The translations under genes were made by a program, and so were the position numbers. A stretch of DNA of 63,439 nt, the filler included, from Reticulomyxa filosa (Eukaryota; Protista; Foraminifera): NCBI GenBank assembly GCA_000512085.1. It is 22 parts of 22 records of this genome, joined end to end, with 100 filler letters (N's around TTAATTAATTAA, not from the genome) between each part and the next. Parts side by side here need not be neighbours in the genome. Positions count along the whole stretch, not along the records: positions 21,699 to 27,040 come from ASPP01001644.1; positions 27,141 to 28,331 come from ASPP01006637.1; positions 28,432 to 29,945 come from ASPP01004745.1; positions 30,046 to 31,318 come from ASPP01014626.1; positions 31,419 to 35,132 come from ASPP01019609.1; positions 35,233 to 37,281 come from ASPP01007228.1; positions 37,382 to 38,474 come from ASPP01029753.1; 15 more parts are not named here. The stretch is one strand, 5' to 3'. Below, in pieces: positions 25,040 through 38,321 of this stretch (position 1 is its first letter; each line of letters begins with the position of its first letter). The notes below the pieces were generated by a model. The model was not told where the DNA came from and searched no databases. It saw nothing but the letters and a program-made list of their open reading frames with translations.

Positions 25040-25952
25040 AATTAATTTAAGAACGTTTGCAATCCCGTCCTAAAAAAAAACACTTGGTCAGAATTTTTTG
25101 GTTTAAAACGATCGTAACTCAAACATCTAATTCCAAGATGATGCATGCTCGCCTTCTTTTACTTCAATAGATGTTTCTCTCTCACGTAAAATAGTAAATT
25201 TTAGGACTTAAGTAAAAACAATTATATTCTCACGTTAAATCAGAGAAAGCACATTTCACAACAATTGCAAACATAAGCCGGTGAGAAAATTGGTGTACTT
25301 TGCCCAAGAAAAGAGTTCAAGTTTGTTTTTTGAGGAGTCACGCAGTTTTTGTTGTTTCGGTGTGCTTTTTTTCAAATTTATTGTTGTGAAAAGAAACCAT
25401 GTGCACCGGTGTATCAGGCGACGAATACCCGTATAAATATAAATCCGCAAGTGGATCGGTCATGACTAGACAAACCGCCTTTCCTTTGACACAGTCCTCC
25501 TTCGGCGTTCATTCACAAATAGAGCCGGTTCTAGTTTACAAGCAGTATGCACCACGCGCAACAAGTCCAAGGACAAATTTTTTACATTGCCAGAGCACCA
25601 ACAACAATCAAAACCAAGCAATAACATGGTGCAACTCAAGAAATCAAACCATTTGTGGTTCAGTGTACAGACCTTCAACTATTTGCAGCACAACGAGCCA
25701 AAGCAGAGTCGACCATGTGTCTTGCCACGAAACAGCAACCAATGAAGTTGTTTCCACTCATAGTTCCAAAAACGTTGCAATGGAGAATCAAAGTTCTTGT
25801 CAACACCTCCGCATTGTGATTGTCTTTTTAATAGTTTCTTCCCCTTTTTTTTCCCCACGCCACCCCCCCCCCTACTTTTTAAAAAAAATACCCCTTGCTA
25901 AAAAAAAAGGGCATATGTGACACATACGAATATTTCAAAAAATAAAAGATTA

Positions 25953-26925
25953 TGGATGCTCATTGGATAAACACTACGCAGCACGTTACAAAAATGTGAC
26001 GTGGCTGGGTAAAGGTGCTTATGGCATGGTGTGGGAAGCAATCGCATTGAGTGACGTTAACCAACATGTGAAAAAAGGTGATCGCGTTGCTATTAAAACA
26101 GTGGCTCGTATTTTCAGCAACGTTTTGGAAGCGAAGCGTTTGTTACGAGAACTGAACATGCTAAAAATATTTCGTGGTCATGGTACTATTGTACAATTAT
26201 TGGACATTGTTCCTGTGTTCCCGGACGGCACGTCCTTCACATATTTGTTTCGTAGAACGATATACACTTTTTTTTTTTTTTTTTGTGAGAAAAGTATATA
26301 CGTATTTCCTTTCTTTTTTTTTTTGTGCAAAAAGGGGAAAAAAAATACAAACAAAAACACATGTTGCTCATTAATCATAATTTCAGCATTTGTACGTATT
26401 TTTATTTATTCCAACAACAAAAAAAGTTTGTTGGTTTGTTGTCGATGTTATTTTCGAGCTGTACTGTTTTCAAATGCAATTCACACAACCAAAAAAAAAA
26501 AAAAGATCACTGGTATTTGAACGTGCCGACACTGACTTAAAAACAGTTCTTCTTTCCAACCAGAAATTCACGTATGTGCAATTACCAATTTTTTAAAACA
26601 TTTTTTTTTTTTATAATTTCTTGAACAACTACTTGAAAATGGGCCTTGTTTGATTTGTACACTCTTTTTAAAAATTTTTTGTGTCCTTGTAATCTTTAAG
26701 ATGGAAAAGGGAAAAACTGGCCAGCAAAATATTTAAAAAAATTTTTTTTTTTTTGAATAAGGACAAATCCAAATAAGTGTACAAAAAAATTATGACAGAT
26801 CGTTACACATTGAATCAATCATGTATCAATTATTATTGGCGGCGATGTACATGCACTCTGCAGGTATCGTACACAGAGACCTAAAGCCAGCGAATATTTT
26901 GATTAATGTCAATTGTACCATTAAG
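25953..26925 (+). CDS. MAP kinase (CMGC), multi-exon, 3'-partial; may begin in upstream ORF 25399/25462
   Basis: GKGAYGMV, VAIK, AKRLLREL, LVFERADTDL and MHSAGIVHRDLKPANILINVNCTIK. Confidence 0.9.
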
Positions 26926-27140
26926 GTTTGTTCCGAGAATGGTGTACGTCTTCACGGCCTTGTTTTACTTTTTTTTTTTTTTTTTTTCAATTGTCCTTCA
27001 TTTGTTTCCTTTTTCGCATTAATCTTTTTTTTTTTTTTTTNNNNNNNNNNNNNNNNNNNNNNNNNNNNNNNNNNNNNNNNNNNNTTAATTAATTAANNNN
27101 NNNNNNNNNNNNNNNNNNNNNNNNNNNNNNNNNNNNNNNN

Positions 27141-27177
<37 letters not shown>

Positions 27178-27199
27178 TGCGTATGTATATGTACAAAAC

Positions 27200-28206
27200 T
27201 TAAGGATTTTGGATAGTCTTGCATCATGGACTCTAATCTGCAGGTGACTTGAAGGTGGTCTTGGTTTGATCAGCGTATTTGGGATTGACAAACTCGGCGA
27301 CACAGCCTTTTGTTCGTGACAATACGGCGAGATACGTTTGCATTTGGAGAATCAAAGTGTTGCAATTGCCAGGGAACTTGCTATATCCAGTCTGTCCATC
27401 AGCGACGTCACTTTGCGGAATAGAGCCGGAGCCACCACAATATTGCAGCAACGACTCCAATTGGTTGTATTCCACATTGATGGTTAGCGTGTCTCCGGTC
27501 GTGGCGTTTGTCAATTTAGTAATTGCGCCGAGGGATTGCTTTGGTTTGCGAGGGATTGTTATTGAGTTCATTATGTAGTTTTTGATGGCACTTACACCTA
27601 TCGCACTTACCACACTGCGCACTGCCACTCCATTCGTGTCTTGAAGAAACACCACCCAACGTATCCCCATGTCCGTCCATATCCTGGCCGTCCCTGTCGA
27701 GTGCATCAGTGAATGCACCACTCCATGTCCTCCTGGCTTCGATGATAAGCTATATTTCCCTTCCATTGCAAAGTCCGCACGATTGTTCTTACATACACAC
27801 ACATGCATACATGCATACATGCACACATGCATTTATGTATGTGTATAATGTATATAAATATGCATGTACGTGTGCGAACGTATCATATAGCTTGGTAAGT
27901 CACCTTCAATCCCGCATTTTTGGTTTGTTTCATCCAAACAATTTGGGCATTATCCATTCCAAAATTATTGTTTCTTTTCATCAATTCCTGCATTTTGTGG
28001 TGAGTGTCGTCACTCACCATAATCGCCAAAGGCACTTTAATCTGTCTGTCCGGGTGGCTTCGCTGCGCACGTGCTTGAAAGGCGAGCAGCGTGGATACGT
28101 ACAATTCCATGAAACTTGTTTCGGTGGTGATTTCCGATGGTAGCTCAGGCTTCACTCCATCATAGCCCAGTCTTTCGCCTAAGCCGCCTGCCACTAAGAC
28201 AAAACC
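27200..28206 (-). CDS. USP: UDP-sugar pyrophosphorylase, internal fragment
   Basis: AGGLGERLGY, KPGGHG, INVEYNQL, FPGNCN and EFVNPKYAD..TFKSP. The following RLESMMQDYPK lies in a shifted frame, indicating a 1-nt indel near 27241. Confidence 0.9.
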
Positions 28207-28298
28207 AGTATACGCTATCTTTTGTTGTTTGTTTTCAATTCAAATCTTTAAAAAGAAAAGGTCTTTTTCAATTACGTATACATACACACATATATATA

Positions 28299-28331
<33 letters not shown>

Positions 28332-28921
28332 NNNNNNNNNNNNNNNNNNNNNNNNNNNNNNNNNNNNNNNNNNNNTTAATTAATTAANNNNNNNNNNNNN
28401 NNNNNNNNNNNNNNNNNNNNNNNNNNNNNNNCTTCTGTTGCGTCTTTCTGTATGTGCGAATTATTTTTTTATCAATTAGCAATGTGTGCTTTGATGTTGT
28501 TTTTTCACATTACAAAACGAAGTCTCTCTCTTGGCCTTCTGGATTATTGTTGTCGATCATCCACATTATACTTTTTTTACCTTATGTCAATGCCCCTTCA
28601 AAAACCAGATTTTGAAGTTGAACTACTAAAGAAAACAGTCAGTCCTACGTTAGCAACGCTAATGTACTAAGAAGAAGTTGTTACTTGTAAAAATTGAATA
28701 ATATCGAAGCGACATCAATGTAAAGTGTTTCATCATTTTGCTATAGCAAGTGTTTGAGAATTTTGTTATGCGATGTATGTTAATGATTTTTTTCTTTTAC
28801 TGTTTAGCTTGACTTTGTGTGACTTGCAAGAACTAAAATTAAAACATCGTGTGACATAATTCATCACAGAAAAACCAGCATTGAACGACCTTTTTAGGCC
28901 TACAAAAAGAAAAAGATGAGT

Positions 28922-29227
28922 TTATGTATTGGACTGAACGTGCTGGAAATGACAGTCGGCGCCGTATCTGCATTTTCCTTGTTGAAAATGGAAGCAAGGT
29001 TTTTTTTGCACATTTTGAATGTCTCTTTTGGCATACATTTGTTTGGCACTGCCAGGGCCCCATCCACGTGGAGCAGCTTTCCACAATTGAGAATGTAGTG
29101 CAGAAGGTTGTAATTTGAAATTGACAGTATGCGTAATTTTGGTTCTCAAAATGATGGATTTGCTTTCTGCGCCTGCCTGTCGTTTTGCGTTACGTTTTTC
29201 AAGTCTATCACTGGCTTTATCATTGCT

Positions 29228-29262
<35 letters not shown>

Positions 29263-29888
29263 CATTATTATTACCATTATCGCTGTCACTATTACTATCG
29301 TTGTCTTTGCCATCACCGATATGGTCACTGTGAACTGGTTTGTCAGGATCAATTCCCACGCCCACTTGATCGAGAGGCACAATGGGATTGTGGGGGGGAT
29401 GTTGCTTGTACCAAACGCGAATGACATCCCAAACGAACGAAGACGGCGCAGTAGTTTTGATGGCCGACGGAGTGAGATGGACAACGGACTGTCGATACCC
29501 GGCGTTGATAAGAGCACTGCGAAAGATTTTCAAAGGTATGTCCTGGCAGCCCATCCCTTTGATCATGTCTTTGGGACAATAGAATAGCGGACACATACCG
29601 CGCACTTTGCCAGTGCAGCCATCCATATCTCCAAACGCGTCGAAATCGAGGGCGCTTTCGTGAGTCACGGCCATTAGTTTTTGTTTCAAGCGAGTTCTGG
29701 TGGGGAGCCACGTGCCAACCTCGTCGACAAACTTGGCACATTCGAGTACAAACGCATACTTATGCAAAGGTCCGAGCCAAGCGGGGCCATACAAATGGAC
29801 TGATTTTCTGCACGCATTACAAGTGTCTATCTTTGATTGAATATTTATCGAGGGTTGTTTATTTTTTATTTTCTTTTGTTGCACATTA

Positions 29889-29943
<55 letters not shown>

Positions 29944-29945
29944 TT
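28922..29945 (-). CDS. TRM1: tRNA (guanine26-N2,N2)-dimethyltransferase TRM1, C-terminal part with CCCH zinc finger
   Basis: GPAWLGPLH, PLFY, FRSALINAGY, AIKTTAP..VWDVIRVW and WGP, ending in CFHFQQGKCRYGADCHFQH. Confidence 0.9.
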
Positions 29946-30045
29946 NNNNNNNNNNNNNNNNNNNNNNNNNNNNNNNNNNNNNNNNNNNNTTAATTAATTA
30001 ANNNNNNNNNNNNNNNNNNNNNNNNNNNNNNNNNNNNNNNNNNNN

Positions 30046-30089
<44 letters not shown>

Positions 30090-30093
30090 ACAA

Positions 30094-31260
30094 ACCATTC
30101 GGAAGCGTGGATGTGTGGAGCACATGCTTTAATGACAATGTATTTTTTGTAATCCATAAAAAAAGTACTCTTTTGGAACAAAAGCGACCATTGTTCAATG
30201 CCCATGTATGTGACGCTATTGGACAAGTGAAACCCTCGTGCAAATTCTCTCTTCAATACTTCGTAAGTAGACTTGGAGACATTGTACGTGGAGTTCATCG
30301 CTGGATACGAAGGCGTGATGATGTGCATCCACACTTTCTTGTGTGAGTTGGTGCGATCGTTGGGACTCCACACTTTGATATGTGGCATATCGTTGTGTTC
30401 AATGGGCTCGCACAATGAAATGGCATGGCTCACTTGAACAAAGTCCCACAAGTGATAAAACATAAAAAACTGTTTCACTATTTGGCATGCGTTGTACTTG
30501 GGATACAACTGACACATTTTCGCCGTCAATATACCACAGCTCACACCGGCCAAATATCCCATTTTATTCGAATAGATTGCTCGTCCTGGCATATCAAAAG
30601 TATATATATATACATATACATATATATATGTATATGGTATATGTATATGTATATGTATTTATTTATGTATCAAAAAAAAACAAAACGTTTTGCCCAATAT
30701 CGTATTGCTCTTAAAGCCAAACGGAATGTGTCTCGATTGGGAACGAGCAACAAAAACTTTTCGGCTAGCCTGACTCCGTTCAAAGCCAGAATGGAGGCAT
30801 GATCCAGATGTTCCAAGTTGTAATCGTCCAGAATGTCCCAGTTTTTATCTATCGAAGGTATATCCAATCGTCCGTACGTCAAGTCGATATCCACGCCATT
30901 GTATTCGAATGACATGACTGGCACATATGCATTTCGAACACACTATTGTAGTCCACGCATATATACATGCATACAAGCCCATACAAATTTATTTATTTAT
31001 TTATTTTTGAACTTGAAAGAGAAGAGTGTACCCCTCCTCCCCTCCTTCTTCTTTTTCATTCCCTTGTCTGTATACAGAGTAGCATACCCTTAGCTTTTTT
31101 ACGCGCGAGTTTTGGGATAACATTTGGCCCAGTTCGTCGAAGAAATGATCAAATGTCAAAAAATTGGGGCCCACACATACGACGTCAATATCATCTCCAC
31201 TGCTATGAACTCCCCAACGGTATGAGCCATATGCATATAATCGACACTTCGAGTCGCTTG
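30094..31260 (-). CDS. PAP: Canonical nuclear poly(A) polymerase, multi-exon internal fragment
   Basis: YGSYRWGVHSSGDDIDVVCVGP, VPVMSFEYNGVDIDL, LNGVR, FRLALRAIRYWAKR, IYSNKMGYLAG and IITPSYPAMNSTYNVS. Confidence 0.93.
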
Positions 31261-33088
31261 GAAACCCCTTTCCATTTTTTTTTTTTTTTAAAAAAAAAAA
31301 AAAATTTTTTTTTTTTTTNNNNNNNNNNNNNNNNNNNNNNNNNNNNNNNNNNNNNNNNNNNNTTAATTAATTAANNNNNNNNNNNNNNNNNNNNNNNNNN
31401 NNNNNNNNNNNNNNNNNNATTCACCTTTACTCTCCTGCATTTTTGTCACAATTTTTCAAAAAAAAAAAGCAGATTGTTGTTATGATATTTGTCAATGTCT
31501 TTATCATTATATTCATAAAAATAAAACAATGACCACAACAAAAAGAATTTTCTTGTCGAATTGTTAAAAAAAAATCAAACATGACTTTTCAACAATCTTC
31601 TTTCACAGCAACATTTTCTTTCAGATTTTTTTATTCATAAGTTTGCTAATTTTTTAGCGATAATTTTTTTACTAAGTATTTATCGAAACAACAAATACCA
31701 AGTGGAAAAGATTAGAAATTGACCACGCTCTTAGTTAAAACGGGAAAAACAGACTGTATACTATTTGCAAATGGAGTTTCGGTCAGATCGATTATAGAAT
31801 AAATAAATTACAAAAAAAACAAACATAAAACTAGAAAACAATATTTTGGATAAAATCGACCAATTGTTGTTCTTCCCTATTCTGTAGTCAAATTATTTCC
31901 ATACAGTACATGTTCAACTTGGCGGTATCAAAAACGAATTGATTTTTATGAAGACCCAACGACAAAAAAAAAAGTTCTAGTTTTATTTACTTTCATAACA
32001 AGATAAGATCAATTAATTCATCTTTACTAATACTATAAAGTTAATATATTTCTTTTTTGTACAGAAGAAAACATGTTGCAATGGTAAATGTCTATATTTT
32101 TTTTTAGAGTTGCGAATTCACGAAGCGGTTAAAGATAACTTGTCTTCAACTTTTGCTACGTCCTCTTGATTAGTTCATAGCGTAAAAAAAAAGCAATAAA
32201 CTACTGGCTTGCGAAATTATTGTTTTTTTACACTTTGCCTTTGTTTGAAAGGATAAAAATAACTATCTGACAAGAATTATCTTTTGTCTAGTTAGTTACA
32301 TGAGTTCACAGCAGAAAGAATTTTGTCCACTCGTGCCTAAGTTTTTTTATTATAAAAAAAATTCTTGGTGGGTTTTTTCCACATTATAATCTTAAAAAAA
32401 GAAGTGCGATATGTAAAAACCATAATTAACAAAACATCAAAAACATTACATTATGCAATTATTCCATATCAAATCTTGATTTTGAATAAAAAAAATTCTT
32501 TAGAATAAAAAATCATCTATTTTGATTTTAAACAAAAAGGTTCTGTTTGTTTACTTGCCCTGGTGAATATGAATTTCATACAAATAGCAATTTTAAATTT
32601 AATATATCTTCAATGTCCAAATATTCTAAAAATGAAACATTATGTTAACGATAGATTTTCTTGCTTGTACATATTTATTCCCATCAAAGTAAGTAATTAC
32701 GTGAAAAAATATGATTGTTTTCTTTGCTGCATCGTGAAACAAAACTTCAAATTATCAAATCAAGTTTACTCAACCAAGTAACATTAAATTTTGAGGAAAT
32801 TAAAAGTGAATTATGCCTGTGCAAGACCGAGAACGAAATAAACTTAGGTTGGTCATTTCATTTCGTCCAAAATGTTCAACCAAAGTCGCAACTATCGCAG
32901 TTCAGCAATGAGAAAGATAAACAAAACAGAAAGGATGGTCCATTTCAGTAAAAAATAAATAGCAAAAATATGGTGAACATGATCGTAGCTGCTACATGTA
33001 CTCAAGCGAAAAAAAAGACTCTCAACGCCAGAGAAGGAACTAGAAGGGGCTTTCCATCGGTTCATTTTACAAAAAAATCATTAACGTA

Positions 33089-34455
33089 ATGTTTTCTGTG
33101 TACAAAATGCTCACGGCCAAATCGGTGAACATGTCGTTGATCACAAATCCAAATCGCCATGTCCATGACCGAAACAAGGGCAATGCCATTCACTTGCTCG
33201 ACCGACAAAAATTCGCACTCAAATTCATCATCCAACGCGAAAGGAACAGCAAGCTCAAACCGACCAACATTCACATGAATTTGGACGACATGAATATCTT
33301 CCTCACGCCCGGCGGCTATTTCGAGGTTCATTACTTTTTGGCATCACTCTTTTATGTCCAATCTTTGAAATGGAATGAAGGAGACAATGTATATGTATAT
33401 GTGTTGCATTTGTTTACACTCATTTTAAAAAAAAAACACACATCTTTTAGAAACCCTCGAATTATGTGACGATTGGGATTTTAATCAATCGATTGGCAAT
33501 TGATATAATGTCGAATAACCACGTGGAATTGATTCGCCAAATTCACAGAGAATCCTCTGCAATGCTCGCACAAGATGAGGTTGCATCTAACTCCGTGCTG
33601 GTGTCTGCAATGGCCGCAGTGACCAATGGCAACGCCAGCGCGATTACCCATAATAACAACAACAACACCACATCGACACTGTTCGTCGTCAATTCCAATC
33701 GCAATACCAACATCCACAGCAATTGCAGTTACTCCAATGCAAATCTTCAAAACCAATGACAACATCACGAGCAAGTTGGAGCTAGCTGCCAATGAAAAAA
33801 ATAATAAATATATATATGTATATATGTACATGTTTTGGTGTGCACATGCTCAGCGAAACGCTCTTCGCTATCCTTATCTGGAGTATTTGGAAACAATGAC
33901 CTATCGGAAACAAATGGATCGAAAAAGACTAAAACTCAAGAAAGGGCCAGCACAACTTCGTTCAGTTCACATGAAAACGGAAGTGATGAAGGGGCCCACG
34001 AAAGACTCGGCAGTGAAGAAACAAAAAGGAGAAGAGACTACGGATGTGGAAGGAGAGGAAGAAAGAACAACACCGTTCACGATCCAATTGCCTACGAAAA
34101 TCAAGTATTCACAGAAATTGATCGAACTGATACCTGCTACTGATAATGAGTTGATAGACTTTCCCTTGGATTGGTCGATCATTGACGAAAAAAAAAATTG
34201 TTGAAACCGTGGATGCGTGATTAAATCAACGCTTTGCACACCAAATTTATTGTCGGGTTGCTCAATAATCACTTCTATTCTCAACAAATTGCAAGTCAAC
34301 TTAAAATGGTTTTGGAAAAGGGACACAAGCATTCATGGTCAAAATGTGGTCTTCGAATATTGAAAGCAAAATATCATATATCTGAAAAAACATTTTTCAA
34401 GTCACAGATATCATTTGTTTGTTTTTTCATTCTTTCTCTTCAAAGCTGCAGTTGA
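33089..34455 (+). CDS. Hypothetical multi-exon protein
   Basis: Consecutive coding-like ORFs separated by intron-like (TA)n and poly-A tracts. No recognisable motif. Confidence 0.4.
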
Positions 34456-35323
34456 AAATCCTTTTTTTTCGTTTTGTTAGTCGATTGGGAAAAAAAAACT
34501 AATGCAAATGAAGCAACAGTTTGAGTAACCTCAAACAGCAATACTGTGAATTTTATTTTTTGGAACACAAATCAATTTTACATCGTAAGTTGTGTTCAGT
34601 TTGCTCTTGTTTTTTTTTTCTCTTCTAAATCAAAATTTCAAGACAATAGCTTCACGTGTCAATCTCTTCATAATTTAAATAAAAAAATTTGAATTGAACT
34701 TTTTGAGTTAAGTGTTTACCTCTTTCATTGATTGATTACGTATTGTTTTTTTTTTTTTTTAAAAAAAGGAAATAACAACGCCGAGAATATTAATTATAAC
34801 AGGTCTTAGTTAGTTATTTCACAACAAGGAAAAATTACTATTTTTTTTTTCTTTTATTAAAAAAAAAAAACTTGAGCAGTTTTTCGTAAGTTGTTTAATT
34901 TAAAAAAAAACCAAAAATAAGGACTCTTTTTGTTTTGTTTAGATTTAGAAAAATTTGTCATAACAAATTGCAAAACATCACTTAATCATATGTAATAACT
35001 TTGTTTGCATAAGTTGTCTGTTTGATAGAATTTGGAGTGTTCCATGCAAACAAGAATTTAAAAACATAAATCGCATTAAAAAAAACTCTTGTCGACTCTG
35101 AAAAAAAGTTGTTTCACGAGTCTTTTTTTTTTNNNNNNNNNNNNNNNNNNNNNNNNNNNNNNNNNNNNNNNNNNNNTTAATTAATTAANNNNNNNNNNNN
35201 NNNNNNNNNNNNNNNNNNNNNNNNNNNNNNNNAAAAAAAAAAAAAAAAGAAAAAATTATGTTATGTAAGAGTACGCTATAAATACATAGAAGCAAACACA
35301 AACATATGCACATCAATTTGATA

Positions 35324-36311
35324 GGTATAATGGCAAACACTGAATACACCCTGTCAAAGGACGGACTTGAGACACAATTTGCGACGAACCATTTAGGTCA
35401 TTACTACTTGACACGCCTGCTGATTCCGACAATGTTGAAAACAACAGGTAAGTCTCGCGTGGTGCAAGTGGCATCGGGTGCTCATAATAGATCGCCAAAC
35501 CCACTCACGACGGTTATTAATGATCTTGTGAAGCGCAAAGATGGCCCACCAAAGGAAGGATATGAAGGATGGCGCAATTATGGCATTTCCAAAGCTTGCA
35601 ACATATTACATGCCAGACAAGTCAATTCCCTGTACAGCCAACAAGAAAATGGGATTTATGGTGTGTCGTTGCATCCAGGAGTTATTGTCACCGATCTGTG
35701 GAAGAATGTACCTGGAGGCGTCCAATGGATCGTTAAAAACTTGGGAAAAGCTTTTTATTAAAAATGTTCAACAAGGTGATGGATATTTTGGATGGACGAG
35801 AGAGGAGCGGGAAGGGGGGGGAAAAAATATATTTGAGTTTTTTATTTAAATTTGAAAAAAAAAAATTAAATATATGAATAATATTTTGTGTGAATATAAT
35901 ATTAAAGGAGCTGCCACAACGGTGAGATGCGTGAGTATGAGCGATGAGGAATTAAAAGAGGGCGGGCAATATTATGTAGACTGCAATTCGCATAACGACA
36001 AACTCAGGGCAGATTTGAGACCATCCAATACTCCGAGTGGTCAATCAATGGACTCTTTGTTATGGACTTTGTCTGAGGAATTAATTGTTGCCAAAGGCTT
36101 TTCATTGAACTTGGAGGAAGAATCCAAACAAAACGACTCCGCTGACGCAAAGCAGAGCGAAGCAGACCAGGACCAAGAAAAGCAGTTGGTTATATTAAAC
36201 GATGAAACCACCACAACCAGTAGCGTGCCACAAATCCCATCGGAACAACAGAACAACGAAACCACAACAAACACTGGAACAGACGCAAACCCTTCTGATG
36301 CTCAAAATTGA
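35324..36311 (+). CDS. Short-chain dehydrogenase/reductase, retinol-DH/WWOX-like, 5'-partial
   Basis: GLETQFATNHLGHYYLTRLL, catalytic YGISK, SLHPGVIVTDL and QQ|GAATTV across an intron at ~35776-35908. Confidence 0.9.
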
Positions 36312-36901
36312 GTGAATATGTCAGCTTTTTTTTCTAGAGATGCGATATAATAACAAACTACACTGCACATTGCACTAGATTTTAAAAACTATTGTTAATT
36401 ATTTTCTAAAATGAATATTCTCTTGAAATTTCCTTTCTAGTATTCGTCTAACACTATAATAACTTTTGCTATGCTAGGACACTTGACAAAACCATGTTTT
36501 TCGCGATATTTTAAGAGTCTAAAAAAAGTACCACTATAAGTTAGTAGAATTAATAGAAGTAGCTATGAGTTTATTTTAGCATTACAATAATCGAAGTTGT
36601 AGTGCAAACATTTGGAACGTGAAAAGAAAGAGCCAGAAGAGGGGGGAGTGGTGTAGGAAAAAAACAAAACAAAAACTTTGTAAAATGCAGAAATTTGCAA
36701 ACAACGGACGGCAGAATGTTGTAACTGTTCAGGTAATTGTTTTCTCACTTTCAATTAAATCTATACATGTAAAAGTCAAACAAGACCCCTCTACTCCAAA
36801 AGCAGAAACCACTAATTAAAAATCAAAAATGTAGATCAATGAAGAAAACGACGATAAAGAGGAAGAAAAAAAAAGAAGAAGAAGAGGAAAAAAAGGTAGA
36901 A

Positions 36902-37180
36902 ATGGAGAGATTTGACACAAGGACAGAGCAAGAACTAATGGAAGAAGAGAAAGCGAGAGAAATGAAAAGAGAAAGAAACGATCCGGCAAAGCAAAGCAGA
37001 AGCACATTGCAAGTCGAGACGAACATGCTAAGAGTGAACAGAAGAACAATGTCAAGCGGGACAATTGAACATCTGCGAACGCCTACGGAAGGTTCGACCC
37101 TGTCCAATATTAATCCCAATCTGGACGAGTCTTCCGAGCCAATGTGCTGTCGAATTTGTTGTGTATGCATTGCAGATCAG
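36902..37180 (+). CDS. Hypothetical protein, first exon
   Basis: Coding-like ORF MERFDTR...PMCCRICCVCIADQ ending at CAG|GT. It is truncated by the contig end. Confidence 0.4.
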
Positions 37181-37381
37181 GTGCAATCCCCATTATATCA
37201 ACAAATAGAGAGAGGAGAGAAAGAGGAAAGCAAGAGTCTATGGATAGCAATTGATGCAATTTTTTTTTTTTTTTTTTTTTTNNNNNNNNNNNNNNNNNNN
37301 NNNNNNNNNNNNNNNNNNNNNNNNNTTAATTAATTAANNNNNNNNNNNNNNNNNNNNNNNNNNNNNNNNNNNNNNNNNNNN

Positions 37382-38249
37382 CGCGCCACCGCTCCTTTGA
37401 GGTGCGATTTTCGTCTTCGTCTTGCTCATCTTCTGTTGCTGCTTCGTACCACAGCATGATCAGGGCATGGCCCTTCTGCTGGAGATACACCTGCTCATAC
37501 ATCTCCGGCGCCTGCTGACCTCGCTCGATGTCGATCCATAGGCCTGGCACAACGTCGACAAGCCCGCTTGCGACACCGACCTTGTGTTGGCCTCGGTTGA
37601 AGAACGAGCCACCCGGTATGGGGGAACCCTTTTCCACGGTAAGAGCGGGAAAATTCCGATTCCGGTAAACTCGCAGAACGGTTCCCTGGTCCACCAAGAC
37701 AAAGGCAATGGCCTCCGAATGGTACTCTGAGTACGCCCGCGCCATCGCCTCCTTGCTGACCTGGAAATCTCTGGCAAGGCGCGTCATGTGCTCGAGATCA
37801 GGATCTCTGTTAAGATTTTGACGGAGCGCCGGCGGCGGCATCAGCATGAGCGCTGAGAAGCGACTCGCTTCGGCCTCCCTCCGCATCCGAGGATCGTCAT
37901 GCTTCAGTGATCGCCGGCTTATGTCCTGGGAGGTACACCAAAAGCCACCCCCGCCGTCGAGAGCATGCGCCAAAATCAAAGAATGACCGAGTTCATGCCC
38001 GATCGTGAACCGGCGCCGCTCTCGGCTAAGCCCCTTTTTGACGATGATGACGCCTCGGCTTCGGGCTGCATCTGTGATGAGCGCGCCAATAAAGCCGTCC
38101 GTTTCGCGCGTCTCAATCGTCAGCTCAAGCTGGGTGCAAAGCTCTTCGATCGGCACAGCGATAGGTAGATTAGGTTCATGCTTTAGGATTGTGCTGACCA
38201 GTTTCTCCGGCGAGCCACAGTCAGCGAGATCCATTCGAGTTACTGGCAT
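37382..38249 (-). CDS. Bacterial ImmA/IrrE-family Zn metallopeptidase (3'-partial)
   Basis: Intronless and GC-rich. RRRFTIGHELGH (HExxH), REAEASRFSALMLMP, HTH-like LARDFQVSKEAMAR and a C-terminal extension. AGGA lies just upstream of the ATG. Confidence 0.92.
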
Positions 38250-38297
38250 GATCCTGCTTATCCAACTCTCCGCGGCGCTAGCGGTCGATCAATCATG

Positions 38298-38321
38298 ATC
38301 GTACGATACGAATAATCGTAC
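38298..38321. promoter_or_regulatory. Palindromic operator-like site upstream of the ImmA/IrrE gene
   Basis: Perfect inverted repeat GTACGAT-N7-ATCGTAC (38301-38321) overlapping the palindrome ATCGTACGAT (38298-38307), about 50 bp upstream of the start codon. Confidence 0.4.

Noticed and set aside
29115-29945. (ATT)n tracts and overlapping poly-Ile/Leu/Tyr ORFs
   Set aside because: These are poly-Asn microsatellite inserts within TRM1, and the alternative frames are artefacts.
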